A DNA stretch of 64,000 bases from Coleofasciculus sp. B1-GNL1-01 (GCA_040220235.1 JAVJTO010000017.1); one strand, 5' to 3'. Shown: positions 19,024-30,026, counted from the stretch's first letter. Program-made: numbers and translations. The notes: generated by a model not told the origin, from the sequence alone.

Positions 19024-21246
19024 TTAAGGACATTCCGGATGCCGTCCCCCATGATTACAGATATATTGCAACTGATTGGTATCTAAATTTTTAGCCCGGG
19101 CAAAATTCACGCCCTCTACTCGTGCCCCCGACGCGGCGGCTGGAGGTTGGGTGATAAACTGATCTGACTGAACAGGCACGGCTGTGGCAAACATAGCGCC
19201 CAAGAAATCCGTTCCGGTTACATTTGCCCCGCGTAAATCTACCGCACTCAAATTCGTATTCTGTAGCTTGGCATTTTGTAATTGAGCCTGACTCAAATTC
19301 GCCTTAACCAATTTTGTCGAACTCAAATCCGCATCCTGTAACTTCGCCTGAGTAAAATTGGCTCCCGATAAATCAGCCCCTTGCCAATTGGATTGGGTCA
19401 AATCCGCAAAGCTGAAATCTCCGCCAACGGCACTCACTTGACTGAGACTTCCCCCATGTAAATTCACCAGAGATGCCTTTACTTCGCCTAAATTCGCCCC
19501 GGTCAAGCTAGCATTTTCTAATACGGCTCGGCTTAAATCAGCCCCAATCAGTTGAGCGCTGCTGAAGTTCGCGCCAATGAGATAGCTATCCGCTAAATTT
19601 GCCCGATTGAGAATTGCCCGGATCAAATTTGTGCGAGCCATCAAAACATTGTTTAAATTTGCCCCAGTTAAATCCGCTTCCTTGAGTTCAGCCCCGCTTA
19701 AATCTGCAATCCAATCATCAAATGTACCCCAGCGTTGATCCGCACCCGCCCCATAAAAACGGCTGTTTTGGAAACTGCCCCCCGTTAAGATGGCGGAACG
19801 GAAATTAAGTCCGGCTAGATCGAGGTTATCCAAAACTAAGGTAAATTGAACTGAACGGGTGTCCATTTGACTCAAGTCAGTGCGACTCAAATCCGCCTCG
19901 TGCAGTTCACTGCTGTAGATGGTGAGAATTTTCGCGATCGCCCGATTGGTTGCCCGTTGCCGTAATGCCACCAACTGCTGCTCTCCTGGCGTTCCCCGAC
20001 GGGCTAATGTGTCTCGGTCATTTTGCAGCGCCTGATTTAACCGTTGCAGGGGAGGTAGGGCTTCGGCACCTTTACTCACCAACGCTTGCTGCAGGGTATC
20101 AATCAGACTTGGCGTGTTTTCCTGTCCCAATAAATCCACCAGAAACGGCACAGCACGGGGATCATCCAGCCTTGCCAGCGCCAGAATTGCCGCCTGTCGT
20201 TCTTCTAGGGCGGTGGCGGAGGTAGAACTTAACTGCTTGACCAGCGCTAGAAAGACTTCGTTATTCTGTTGATTAACTTCTCGCCAATTTGCCTGACGTT
20301 GAATATACACCTGAGTCCCGACAAAAGTCCCCAAAACCGATGCCATTCCCGCAAACGAGAGAATTAGCAAGGTTGCGCCAGGATGACGGCGCATCCACCC
20401 CCACAGATGAGGGACTTGTCGAGATGAGGATTGGGAAGTGAGGACGATGGTGGTGACGGAGGGATGATGAGACTGATCATGGGTTGATGTTTCGCTCTGT
20501 TGACGCCAGCCGTTGTCAAATTCTAGGGTAACGGAGTGATCCCGATCGGTCTGCCAGCCGTTGAATGAGCCGGATGCCAATCCCTGAGACGCATTCACCA
20601 CATAAGTACCTGCCATGCGATCGTGGAAGGTGCGGCGTCGTGAGTGAATCCAGCCACTGCCATGTTCGATGAGTAGCATGACTCCCGCCAGTCCTAATAA
20701 GATGCCAAAGTCGGGAAATGCGCCCGTATACCGCCACAGCAAATAGGCTGTACCCAGAGGTAATCCCCAGCGCCCGACTGCCTCACGCCAAACTGCCCGG
20801 ATTAATCCCGGTGGTGTTCCCATTGGTGTCACCACCCGCAGCTTTAACCATTGTTTGGGCGTGGTTTGCCCTGTTTTCCCCAATTGATAAAGCTGCCAAC
20901 TGACCACCACAACAGGCATAACAATTGCCCCACACCAGAACAAATTAGTCAGGGGGGCAACCTGGCGATTTAATCGCGCTCGTGGATATGCCAGGGTTTT
21001 TGCGATCGCCTCTTCCGTTGCTGCGACGACAGGGTTGATAGGAACGGGTTCAGCGGGGGAATGGTCTTTGGCATACTCGCCGATACTGTAAGGAATGACC
21101 GCACTTGCCGTCACTAACGACACTTCCAGAACCACGGCTGCCAACCGCCGGGTCATTATCGGTAATGCCCGGTTTAGTCGCAGTGAAAATGATCGACTAA
21201 CCGTTTGATTATGGACTTGTTTTATGGTAGGGCTAGTCATGTTCAA
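19024..21246 (-). CDS. RDD + HEAT-like + pentapeptide repeat membrane protein (HglK-like)
   Basis: GQTTPK..LKLRVV and FHDRMAGTYVV (RDD), followed by many A(D/N)Lxx pentapeptides. Confidence 0.85.
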   Translation of the reverse strand: MNMTSPTIKQVHNQTVSRSFSLRLNRALPIMTRRLAAVVLEVSLVTASAVIPYSIGEYAKDHSPAEPVPINPVVAATEEAIAKTLAYPRARLNRQVAPLTNLFWCGAIVMPVVVVSWQLYQLGKTGQTTPKQWLKLRVVTPMGTPPGLIRAVWREAVGRWGLPLGTAYLLWRYTGAFPDFGILLGLAGVMLLIEHGSGWIHSRRRTFHDRMAGTYVVNASQGLASGSFNGWQTDRDHSVTLEFDNGWRQQSETSTHDQSHHPSVTTIVLTSQSSSRQVPHLWGWMRRHPGATLLILSFAGMASVLGTFVGTQVYIQRQANWREVNQQNNEVFLALVKQLSSTSATALEERQAAILALARLDDPRAVPFLVDLLGQENTPSLIDTLQQALVSKGAEALPPLQRLNQALQNDRDTLARRGTPGEQQLVALRQRATNRAIAKILTIYSSELHEADLSRTDLSQMDTRSVQFTLVLDNLDLAGLNFRSAILTGGSFQNSRFYGAGADQRWGTFDDWIADLSGAELKEADLTGANLNNVLMARTNLIRAILNRANLADSYLIGANFSSAQLIGADLSRAVLENASLTGANLGEVKASLVNLHGGSLSQVSAVGGDFSFADLTQSNWQGADLSGANFTQAKLQDADLSSTKLVKANLSQAQLQNAKLQNTNLSAVDLRGANVTGTDFLGAMFATAVPVQSDQFITQPPAAASGARVEGVNFARAKNLDTNQLQYICNHGGRHPECP

Positions 21247-21277
21247 TTCTCACGCGACGCGGATAAAGGGTGGGCAA

Positions 21278-21565
21278 CTATTGGGGAGACTTAGGAGTAA
21301 TGAAAAATTTATACACTACATAGAGGATTATTCCCAATAGGGCAAGGCTAATTAACGAGGTAATCAGTTGGAAAACAGTCTTCAAGAGGGATAGACCCAA
21401 GCTGCCGCCAACAATCACCACAATAACTTTACCAACGGTAGGCAGGCTGTTAAACCAAGCACTGATTTGATTGAACCGTTGCTTCATCGGATAGGTGTTA
21501 TAGAAGGGCGGTTGAAAGGGATTGCCCACGGGCGTGGATTGGTCGTCGTCTCGATTCGGTTCCAT
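21278..21565 (-). CDS. Small hypothetical membrane protein
   Basis: 95 aa with two hydrophobic helices, co-oriented with its neighbour. Confidence 0.75.
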   Translation of the reverse strand: MEPNRDDDQSTPVGNPFQPPFYNTYPMKQRFNQISAWFNSLPTVGKVIVVIVGGSLGLSLLKTVFQLITSLISLALLGIILYVVYKFFITPKSPQ

Positions 21566-21902
21566 CTGCCAAGAGAATTAAGTTGTAGAAATCAGGTTAT
21601 ATGTTTTGATTTTATCGGTTTGAGCAAGGTTTCGGGCAATTCTTATAGGTTAAGTGCTGAGGGAGTGACAAGGGACTTGAGGGTACTACTGGGTGTCGGA
21701 TGTCGGGTTTCGGGTGTGGGAAGCTGGGGGAGCAGGGGAAGCTGGGGGAGATTAGGGAGTTCACTCAAAACTCGACCTTACTCTGTTCCCTGTTCCCTGT
21801 TCCCTATTCCCTGACAAATGACAAATGACAAATGACGAATGACGAGTGACAAATAACAAACAGGAACAGAGTCAGTTTCGGCGGGTCTATTAATGTACGA
21901 CG

Positions 21903-22370
21903 ATGAGTTTTAGAAAGACTCAAACAATAGTGGAGCCTCAGAGAATGAAACGACTGAAACAGTGGATGATTGTGCCAACCACCTTAGCGATGCTGCTAGC
22001 GAACACAGGTTTGCTCCATAGTCAGACCGTGCAAAGGTTAGCGCCAGGATTTAATGCCCTAGAACTCCAAGGCACTTCCGCTCAAGGGAACAATTGCCAA
22101 GTGGGTAATATCCAACCGCAGTATACGATCACCTTGGAACAAGACTTCGGTTCGTTGAACTTCAGCCTCCAAAGCGCTGGTCAATCGGCTTTGATCATTG
22201 AACCCTTGAATTCAGCAGGCGAACCCGTGGCAAGTGGTAGACAATGTGTGTTAGCCACTGCGCCAGGGCAAACCGTTGAAGCACCGGGATATTGGGAAGA
22301 AGGCACTTACAAGATCTATATTGTCGATAGCGCTGGAGGGCAACGTTATACCCTCTCCATTAGTCAGTAG
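21903..22370 (+). CDS. Hypothetical secreted protein (start may be the later ATG of MKRLKQW)
   Basis: Signal-peptide-like segment; GYWEEGTYKIYI near the C-terminus. Confidence 0.7.
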   Translation: MSFRKTQTIVEPQRMKRLKQWMIVPTTLAMLLANTGLLHSQTVQRLAPGFNALELQGTSAQGNNCQVGNIQPQYTITLEQDFGSLNFSLQSAGQSALIIEPLNSAGEPVASGRQCVLATAPGQTVEAPGYWEEGTYKIYIVDSAGGQRYTLSISQ

Positions 22371-22504
22371 GTGGGACAAATGAAAGTTAACGGCTCTGAT
22401 CGTTATACTCGCTTCCCGAAAAGAAGCAAGCTACGTCTTATGTGAGGGTTTGAGGGACTTTACAGAAACTAATATCGTTGAGTGTATTTCCACTAACCTA
22501 CTGA
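22364..22504 (+). mobile_element. MITE family B (TIR tcagtaggt...acctactga)
   Basis: Homologous to 40914-41090 (gggacaa.t.aaagttaacgg...tatgt.agggtttga...gttgagt.tattt.cac.aacctact). Confidence 0.8.
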
Positions 22505-22549
22505 GTCGCCATGGCTTGAACCCGCTAAGCCTTATATCTGACAATGGAC

Positions 22550-22930
22550 TTAATCTTCAAGCTGCTTTACTGAAACCTCTACGGCGTCTACATCAATCGT
22601 ACCCGGTGGCGTCAAGCGGTTAAACTGACCCTGTTCGACTTTCAACAATTCGCCACAGTTAGGACAGCGGCATTCGGTACGATTAAACCCAGTAAACTCG
22701 TAGGTACAGACGGGACATTTATCCTCAACCAGGTTACGCTGTAACCACCAGCGAAAGCCAATCCAGCCAATAACTGGTGCGAGGATGACTAACCCAATCA
22801 GAATTAAGAATCCGTTGACCAGCCAGCCCAAGCCAACTGTTCCCAATAAGAGAAAGGTGGCTAATAGGGTGAGCCAACAGCCCACGCCTGATAGGTTAAA
22901 CTGAGCAAGTTTAGGATCGTACTGGTTCAC
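22550..22930 (-). CDS. Membrane protein with a CxxC...CxxC zinc ribbon
   Basis: Two TM helices, then CPVC...CPNCGE and PGTIDV. Confidence 0.85.
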   Translation of the reverse strand: MNQYDPKLAQFNLSGVGCWLTLLATFLLLGTVGLGWLVNGFLILIGLVILAPVIGWIGFRWWLQRNLVEDKCPVCTYEFTGFNRTECRCPNCGELLKVEQGQFNRLTPPGTIDVDAVEVSVKQLED

Positions 22931-23017
22931 GGTAGTTGTTGGAAACTGACTATCTCCATCCTAGTTCACATCCGGTCTCACCTGAGAGGGGAAAAGCTAC
23001 ACCCTACCAACAACGGT

Positions 23018-23677
23018 TTAACTGCTGATCATTTCCGCTGATGCAGATTGTCCTAAACGGGGTTCAGTTCCAGCGAATAGGCGCTGAATATTGGCTCGAT
23101 GGCGTAATATAACGTATAGCCCCGCCACAACCCCAAATAGCTGATAGGGCAATGGTTGAGCTAAGACTATCATCAAAACAGCCACCGCGATCGCCGCTGC
23201 AATCGAACCCAGAGAAACAATCCGCGAGAAACTGACGACCCCAATAAAGATTATCAATACACTCAATGCGACGAACCAAGACATAGCGAATAAGACACCT
23301 AACCCTGTAGCGGCTGATTTTCCTCCCGTAAAGTTAATCCAAATTGATTTACTGTGACCCAACATAGCCGCCAACGCGACAACAGCCACCAACCAAGGTT
23401 TCCAGGTATCCGGCATCACGGATGATCCCGTTAGGGCAAAGAAGCCATGCACTAAAGCAACAGCACCTACTCCTTTCGCCGCATCAATCAGTAAAACGAC
23501 TAAAGCTGGACCTTTTCCCAGGTTTCTCAAAACATTGGTCGCCCCCGTTGATCCCGAACCGATTTCCCGAATATCAATTCCTTTAACTAGACGTCCTGCC
23601 AAATATCCAGTTGGAATTGAGCCAAGTAAGTAAGCACTGATCAGCAGTAGCCCAATCCAACTCAACTCACGCATCAT
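23018..23677 (-). CDS. plsY: Glycerol-3-phosphate acyltransferase
   Basis: YLLGSIP, DIREIGSGSTGATNVLR, GGKSAAT and RHRANIQRL. Confidence 0.96.
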   Translation of the reverse strand: MMRELSWIGLLLISAYLLGSIPTGYLAGRLVKGIDIREIGSGSTGATNVLRNLGKGPALVVLLIDAAKGVGAVALVHGFFALTGSSVMPDTWKPWLVAVVALAAMLGHSKSIWINFTGGKSAATGLGVLFAMSWFVALSVLIIFIGVVSFSRIVSLGSIAAAIAVAVLMIVLAQPLPYQLFGVVAGLYVILRHRANIQRLFAGTEPRLGQSASAEMISS

Positions 23678-23797
23678 TGTTTTAAACTCTCCACAATTAA
23701 CAAGCTAGGGGAGATAATTAGACCTTTATTGGTACATCTCCCCAAGCCGATTTTATATGGGAGCGTGTGACACAGGTAAGGGTATGGCAGGAAAATC

Positions 23798-23811
23798 GTA
23801 ACATTTGTTAC
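23798..23811. promoter_or_regulatory. NtcA-box-like palindrome GTAACATTTGTTAC
   Basis: GTA-N8-TAC with GTAAC/GTTAC arms, about 120 bp upstream of plsY. Confidence 0.45.
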
Positions 23812-23907
23812 CTATATCTCCCCAGCTTCCCCTGTTCCCTGTTCTCTGTTCCCTGTTTCCTATTCCCCCATCCCAACCCTCAACTTTAATGTTGTCCGAC
23901 TACGTTA

Positions 23908-25110
23908 TTAGTAATTACTCATTTGCTGAGGATCGGGAGCAAAGGCTAACCAGAGAGGAAATTGCAGGATTGAAAGACTAATCTGGTCTTCTGTTTCATC
24001 AACAATGATTAAAGGAAGTTGCTTCTGAGTCATTAAGCGATCGGCTTTTTGCACCAGGGCGGATGCTTCCTCAAATAAAACGACCCCCCGTTCTGGACCA
24101 AAATCACTGCGGGCAATACCCAGACAATCCTGCAATCCTCTGCGCCACTCTCCCAGACGTTCAGGGGTATTAGCAAGAACCAAGGTTCGTAGTCTATCAC
24201 CGTAAAGCGTCCGCATAACAGACATCACGGCGGAGGCGACCAAAATATTTTGCAAGCGGCTACCGATAGTGCGAATCGCCCCACGCCCCCCTTGAGTAAA
24301 AAACCAATTAGACACTCGCTCGGCATGAATTGGCTCAAACGTGCGACGTAATTGCCAAGGAGGACCATAATAGTCTGGCATTTTGCGGTATTGGTCAATG
24401 ATGTCGCGAATTTGTCGGATCTGATCTTGAAACGCTTGTTCAGCAAATTTGGGTGTAGGCGAAGAGGCTGGCGGTTGGGGTTCATTCATCCTCGGTTGGG
24501 GCGATTCTGCCATCGGTTCGGCTAATTCCAACTGCTCCGCCGCCACAACCAAGTCTTGTAAACTGCCCACCAAATAGTCTTTAAAACCCTGCACCCGAAT
24601 TGCCAATTCTTGAGACACCCCAGCAAATGTGGTTCGCATTTCCGTGCGAATGCGTTCTCGGCGGCGTTCGAGTTGCTCCACAGAAATTAAAAGGGCTTGC
24701 TTGCGCTGCTCTAATTCGCTTAACCCCTCTTGGAGCATTTGTTGGATAGTGCCTTGGGTTTTGGTGAGCTGGTCAGATAAAATCTGATTTTGGCTGGCTT
24801 GTAGCTGGGCAATTTTTTGCCTCAACTGTTGTTCTTGGCGTTCAAGGTCAGCGATCGTTTGAGTTAAATTCGCTACGGTTTCCTGTTGATCTCTTGATGG
24901 CGTCATCTGATTATCATCTGGCGCAGGTAAGTCTACAGCATTTGAAGCGTCAGCTTGGGGTTGTATCACGTCAGATTGGTCAGATAAATCGGTTAACGGC
25001 TCAGAGCGTTCTGTTTCGGGTTTTGGCTCTAGAGAGTTTTCCTCAAATCCCTCCAGGATTGGTTGTTGTTCTAAATTGGATTCTTGGGTTTGTGGTTCGT
25101 CTGAATTCAT
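23908..25110 (-). CDS. DUF3086 domain coiled-coil protein
   Basis: PDYYGPPWQLRRTFE and FTQGGRGA; sits in the usual mlaE-DUF3119-DUF3086-plsY order. ATG at 25110 preferred. Confidence 0.85.
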   Translation of the reverse strand: MNSDEPQTQESNLEQQPILEGFEENSLEPKPETERSEPLTDLSDQSDVIQPQADASNAVDLPAPDDNQMTPSRDQQETVANLTQTIADLERQEQQLRQKIAQLQASQNQILSDQLTKTQGTIQQMLQEGLSELEQRKQALLISVEQLERRRERIRTEMRTTFAGVSQELAIRVQGFKDYLVGSLQDLVVAAEQLELAEPMAESPQPRMNEPQPPASSPTPKFAEQAFQDQIRQIRDIIDQYRKMPDYYGPPWQLRRTFEPIHAERVSNWFFTQGGRGAIRTIGSRLQNILVASAVMSVMRTLYGDRLRTLVLANTPERLGEWRRGLQDCLGIARSDFGPERGVVLFEEASALVQKADRLMTQKQLPLIIVDETEDQISLSILQFPLWLAFAPDPQQMSNY

Positions 25111-25261
25111 TGAATAATTAATATCTGATAATGATTTACATTCCCAACCTCTAAACGGGGGGACTATTCTCAAGGGCGAGTTACCGGGCAAGAGAGCCTT
25201 TAGTACAAGGTGTTCTCAAGCCTAAACGTTAAATTTCAGCAAGGCATATCGGAAAGTAGTT

Positions 25262-25651
25262 TCAACTCTGGGGACAGCGCTCCTCTAAGCAAAGTTTAAG
25301 CTGTTTGGGATCAAATAAAATTGGCAAAAAGTGGATGCTATTAACTTCCTTAAAATAGAAAAGGATTGGAAACGATGACCAGAAAATTCGCCAATTTGAC
25401 CAGTCTTTATAAGGAAAACGGCGAATTAAAGTCTGGGAGCGATAGACATCCAATGCGGTTTCGGTAAATTGTAGACGGATAGTTACCGCTTGAATCATTA
25501 AAAATAACCCGAAAAGAGCGAGGAGTAAACCGACCCAAATTTGGAGTAGCACAATCGGTATACTCGCCAGAACCAATACCAAAGGAATGACGTAGCTAGG
25601 GGCAAGTTCGATGGTTTGGGTTGATGAAGATGAAGAAGTAGCAGAGGTCAC
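25262..25651 (-). CDS. DUF3119 family protein
   Basis: IRRFPY..W.NWRIFW and YFKEVNSIHFLPILFD. Confidence 0.88.
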   Translation of the reverse strand: MTSATSSSSSTQTIELAPSYVIPLVLVLASIPIVLLQIWVGLLLALFGLFLMIQAVTIRLQFTETALDVYRSQTLIRRFPYKDWSNWRIFWSSFPILFYFKEVNSIHFLPILFDPKQLKLCLEERCPQS

Positions 25652-25707
25652 TAGACTAAATTCCTGTTGTTTATCGACACAAATGATCTATTTTAATATA
25701 CCTCTGA

Positions 25708-26493
25708 CTACAGAACTGCACTGCCTGTGCCTTGGAACATCAGCCACGACATAAAAAAGTTAGTGATAAAAATGGCAAGTAAAGCCGTGACGACTGCCGT
25801 TGTCGTGGATTGACCGACTCCTTTGGCACCACCTGTTGTGGTTAATCCCCAGCTACAGCCAATGACGGCTATCAGCATCCCAAACACAGCGGCTTTAATC
25901 ATCGCCGTAAACAAATCCCAGATTCCCAGGAAATTCCGGGCGGAATCCAGAAAGACAGATTGAGGAATATTGTACAGATTAACAGCAATCAATACACCGC
26001 CCGTCATGCCGAGAATAATTGAGAGAATTGTCAATAACGGCAGCATTAGACAGCAGGCAATGACACGAGGGATGACCAAATAATCAATGGGATCGGTTTT
26101 AAGCATATAAAGTGCATCAATTTGTTCGGTCACGCGCATTGTGCCAATCTCAGCCGCAAATGCTGAACCCACTCGTCCGGCAATCACCACAGCCGTTAAT
26201 ACAGGCGCAAGTTCCCGGCTCAATGCCAGTGCCAAAACCCCTCCAATGGCTGTAGTTGCCCCAAAGTTAATAAATTCTCGCGTTACCTGAATGGTAAACA
26301 CGGCACCGATAAAAGTAGCCGTGATCATGGCAATGGTCAGTGAATCCGGACCAACAACTGCCATTTGCTCCAGGGTATTGCGTCGGTAGATTTTGCCTCC
26401 CAGAAGATGAACGATGACTTGACCGCCTAATAAAACGGCAGCTAGCAAGCGCTGGAGCCACAATCCTAAGCTAGAGGAGGAGGTTTCATTCAT
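25708..26493 (-). CDS. mlaE: MlaE/Ycf63 family lipid ABC transporter permease
   Basis: RELAPVLTA, AGRVGSAFAAEIGTMRVTEQIDAL and GGAKGVG. Confidence 0.93.
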   Translation of the reverse strand: MNETSSSSLGLWLQRLLAAVLLGGQVIVHLLGGKIYRRNTLEQMAVVGPDSLTIAMITATFIGAVFTIQVTREFINFGATTAIGGVLALALSRELAPVLTAVVIAGRVGSAFAAEIGTMRVTEQIDALYMLKTDPIDYLVIPRVIACCLMLPLLTILSIILGMTGGVLIAVNLYNIPQSVFLDSARNFLGIWDLFTAMIKAAVFGMLIAVIGCSWGLTTTGGAKGVGQSTTTAVVTALLAIFITNFFMSWLMFQGTGSAVL

Positions 26494-26668
26494 TCGTCAT
26501 TTTTGTCATTTGTCATTTGTCATTTGTCATTCGTCATTTGTCATTCGTCATTTGTCATTCGTCCTTGTTCACTGTTCACTGTTCACTGTCCACTGTTCAC
26601 TGTTCACTGTTCACTGTTCACTGTCCACTGTTCACTGTCCACTGTTCACTGTTCACTGTTCACTGTCC
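26493..26668. repeat. Long STRR tract: (TCATTTG/TCATTCG)n then (TGTTCAC/TGTCCAC)n
   Basis: More than 20 tandem heptamers are directly visible. Confidence 0.95.
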
Positions 26669-26673
26669 AAGGA

Positions 26674-29600
26674 CTATCTGCTCTCATTTGATTCCACACG
26701 GAAACGTTCTACAGAATTGAGTAGATCTCGTGCTACACCAACTAAGTTTTGTAAGGCACTGGATACCCGTTGTGCTTCCTGAGAGGTTTCTTGGGCAGTT
26801 AGTTCAACCGATTGCATGACTTGGGCAACAGCACGGGATGTTTCGGTTTGCTCCACTGTATCCGCTTTAATTGCCCGCACCAGCGCATCAATCCGATTGG
26901 ACACTTGAATAATATCTTCCAATGCTTGTTTGGCTTGCTCTGCCCGTTTGGTTCCATCAATAACCTGCTGGGTACCTTCTTCCATCGCCGTCATCACCGA
27001 CCCAGTTTCACTTTGAATCTGCATGACGATTTGCTCAATTTCTTTGAGTGCCTTGGCTGAACGGTCTGCCAGTTGCCGTACTTCATCGGCAACGACGGCA
27101 AACCCTCGACCCGCCTCTCCCGCTCGAGCTGCCTCGATACTGGCATTGAGCGCTAACAGGTTGGTTCGGGATGCAATTGTGGAAATTACGGCAACAATTT
27201 TGGAAATTTCCTGGGAAGACTCAGCCAATCGCTTGACTTTTCGCGTAGTTTCTGCTACGGTTTCCCGAATTTGCAAGATGCCTGCCACCGTATGTTCTAC
27301 CGCGTGACCACCTCTGTGGGCGACATCCGCAGCGGTGTGGGCAACTTCCTCGGCTTCCCGTGCGGCTTCAGCGACTCGCTGAATGGAGTCGGTCATCACC
27401 TGAACGGAGTTGAGGGTAACGGCTAGTTCCTCAGCTTGGCGCAAGGCGTCATTGGATAAACTTCCGGCAAATGCCGCGCTTTCAGTCGAACCCTTGGTCA
27501 CTTTACGGGCGGCATCTTTTACTTGTTGAACGATTTCCCGTAGATTTTGAATGGTTAGGTTAAAGGAGTCAGCCACTGCCCCCAAAACGTCGGCTGTTAC
27601 TTCAGCTTGTACCGTTAAGTCCCCGCGTGCAGCTCCTTCAACATCATCTAGCAATCGAATTACCTGGCGTTGCAGGTCTTCTTTGGCTTGTTCTTGTTCT
27701 TCGGCTTTGCGGGTGGCTTCGCTGGTGGTGGTGAGGATCACTCGCGCCATCTGGTTGAACCCTGAAGCCAGTTGACCCAGTTCTCCCTCGGAGTAGATCG
27801 GGACACTGACATTAAGATTTCCCTGAGCAACGGCATCAAACTGGGTTTGTAAATCCACTGTGACTTGTTGAATCTGGCGAGTGGTGATCCGACCCAGAAA
27901 CAGTGTAATGCCAAAACTAGCCGCAAATGCTGCACCACTGGCTAAAGCATGGGCAAATTTGAGATTCGCGATCGCGGGTTGAGCTTGCCCTTCTGGTACT
28001 GAACTTCGCGCAGCAATACTTTGTGCCGAAAAACTGACTAAGGCAACGACAAAAGCGGAGGCAATCCCAGCCGCAAACGCCATAATCCACTGTTTATGAT
28101 GGAGAGAAGCATTTTCAAAGGGAGCCAGCCACCCTTGATCAACATTAACGATAGGTTCATGTCCCCCCTCTTTGGCTTGACTAAAAACTGGGAGTTGTTC
28201 AGTTGAGCTACCAATACTGAAAATTTCTTCATCACTATCAACTGAGCGATACTCTTGAGCCGATTGCTGGTGAGCCGCTACACTATCTCGATCTCGGACG
28301 GCATCGCCGTTTTCGCTAACTCCCTCACTTTCGCCACCTGCTGGTATGACTCCACTGTTACTTAAAACATCAAAATCTGATTCACTCGCGCCCGACTCAG
28401 CTAATTCATCCTGATCGTCTATGGCAAAATCGGGAAGAGAGCCTAAATCATCTTCAAATACATCGAAAGCGTCTAAAAAGTCTTTGTCCGTTTCAAGTTC
28501 TGAGAAGTTCTCAGCATCAGCCTCAGCAACTTCATCCATAGTGAATGAGTCATTGCCAAAAGCATCGTCAAAGCTCTCAAAGTCAAAGTGATCATCGGGA
28601 GCGTTAAATCCATTTTTATCGAAGTCTGATTCATCCTGAGTGTAGTCCTGGCTTTCAAATGCTTCAATCGCCTCATCCGTCTCCTCAGCCGAATAGTCAA
28701 ACTCATCGGTATCTGTTGGTAAACTTTCCCCCAACTCCCCTGAATCCATTAGTAGGGTTTCGTCTTCGTAAACGGGATGGTCTGGATATGACTCATCAAT
28801 CGATTCATCATGCCAATCCTCCATTTCCTGATCAACGTCCGATAAGTCTTCATCGAAATGGGATTCTGACTCATAAGAGGGTAAACTCTGCTCCTGAGCA
28901 TCTTCAAATTCAGGGGCGCTACCGGGAGGCATGACAAATGTTGCCGCCGTATCATCCTCAGACTCCGCTGAAAAGTCCTCAAAATTTTCCTGGTAATCTG
29001 CCTCACTAAAGGAGGTGTCATTTAAATCAAAATCACTCGCTGTTTCCTCAAAATTTTCCTGATAATCTGTCTCACTAAAGGGAGTATCATTTAAATCGAA
29101 ATCACTGGCTGTTTCCTCAAAATTCTCCTGGTAATCTGCTTCACTAAAGGGAGTGTCATTTAGATCGAAATTATTCCCTGTTTCCTCAACGTTTTCCTGG
29201 TAATCTGCCTCGCTAAAGGGGGTGTCATTTAGATCAAAATCACTCGATGACTCATAATCTTCATAGTCTACCTCAGCAAAGGGGTTGTCATTTAGATCAA
29301 AATCACTCGATGACTCATAAAGATTGTCAACATCACCATTCTCTTCGTCCAAACCGGACAAGGCAAATGGATTGGATTCATCTACAGAACTTGGCTCGTC
29401 CGTCGTCTCTGATTCAAGAGCTGAACTATCCAGGGGTTCGGCAAAGGGCGAAGATGAGGTTGATTCAAAATCATCTCCTATTCCCGCTTCATCGAAATCT
29501 AAAGCCCCTAAATCGAAATCCTCAGACTCATCAATAGACTCATCAATCGCTTCCGAGTCTTGCCAGGTTTCTAATGTAGGTATCTCATTTAAATCGTCGG

Positions 29601-29949
29601 TTTCATCAATATCGTGGAAATTGTTATCGAAGTCCTCTGTGGATGGGGGTGAATCGGCAGAATCGAATTCACTGGACAATTGATTAGCATCTTCTAGACC
29701 TTTATGGGCATATTCGATAAAATCAGGTTCAGACGTTAAATTAAGAACTTGCTCATAGTGTTCCCGTGCTTGATCGTACTGCTGTAGACCATAGCAACAG
29801 ATATGACCCTTAAGTAACAAAGCACTTGGATCATCGGGATACTCTTCAATCAACCGACTAATAAGATCGGCGGCTTCTTGGTATTTACCTTGTGCGTAAG
29901 CCGTTTGTGCTTGTGTATATTCCTGAACGTAATCTGTACTTGATGCCAT
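26674..29949 (-). CDS. hmpD: Methyl-accepting chemotaxis protein PilJ/HmpD (N-terminal TPR, acidic linker, HAMP, MA domain)
   Basis: [34 protein letters not shown] at 29949 follows ggaggag. Confidence 0.9.
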   Translation of the reverse strand: MASSTDYVQEYTQAQTAYAQGKYQEAADLISRLIEEYPDDPSALLLKGHICCYGLQQYDQAREHYEQVLNLTSEPDFIEYAHKGLEDANQLSSEFDSADSPPSTEDFDNNFHDIDETDDLNEIPTLETWQDSEAIDESIDESEDFDLGALDFDEAGIGDDFESTSSSPFAEPLDSSALESETTDEPSSVDESNPFALSGLDEENGDVDNLYESSSDFDLNDNPFAEVDYEDYESSSDFDLNDTPFSEADYQENVEETGNNFDLNDTPFSEADYQENFEETASDFDLNDTPFSETDYQENFEETASDFDLNDTSFSEADYQENFEDFSAESEDDTAATFVMPPGSAPEFEDAQEQSLPSYESESHFDEDLSDVDQEMEDWHDESIDESYPDHPVYEDETLLMDSGELGESLPTDTDEFDYSAEETDEAIEAFESQDYTQDESDFDKNGFNAPDDHFDFESFDDAFGNDSFTMDEVAEADAENFSELETDKDFLDAFDVFEDDLGSLPDFAIDDQDELAESGASESDFDVLSNSGVIPAGGESEGVSENGDAVRDRDSVAAHQQSAQEYRSVDSDEEIFSIGSSTEQLPVFSQAKEGGHEPIVNVDQGWLAPFENASLHHKQWIMAFAAGIASAFVVALVSFSAQSIAARSSVPEGQAQPAIANLKFAHALASGAAFAASFGITLFLGRITTRQIQQVTVDLQTQFDAVAQGNLNVSVPIYSEGELGQLASGFNQMARVILTTTSEATRKAEEQEQAKEDLQRQVIRLLDDVEGAARGDLTVQAEVTADVLGAVADSFNLTIQNLREIVQQVKDAARKVTKGSTESAAFAGSLSNDALRQAEELAVTLNSVQVMTDSIQRVAEAAREAEEVAHTAADVAHRGGHAVEHTVAGILQIRETVAETTRKVKRLAESSQEISKIVAVISTIASRTNLLALNASIEAARAGEAGRGFAVVADEVRQLADRSAKALKEIEQIVMQIQSETGSVMTAMEEGTQQVIDGTKRAEQAKQALEDIIQVSNRIDALVRAIKADTVEQTETSRAVAQVMQSVELTAQETSQEAQRVSSALQNLVGVARDLLNSVERFRVESNESR
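28975..29315 (-). repeat. About five intragenic repeats (mostly 69 bp) encoding [23 protein letters not shown]
   Basis: Repeated tcatttagatcaaaatcactc-like units. Confidence 0.9.
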
Positions 29950-30026
29950 TGACCTCCTCCCTTTGCTCACCAGGAAAAAGTAACAAACAAAAGGTTGCTC
30001 TCTTTTTCCTTTCTTTTACTATTCAT

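Noticed and set aside
26503..26782. Three overlapping ORFs (SFVICHL/LFTVHCS repeats)
   Set aside because: They are translations of heptamer STRRs, not genes.
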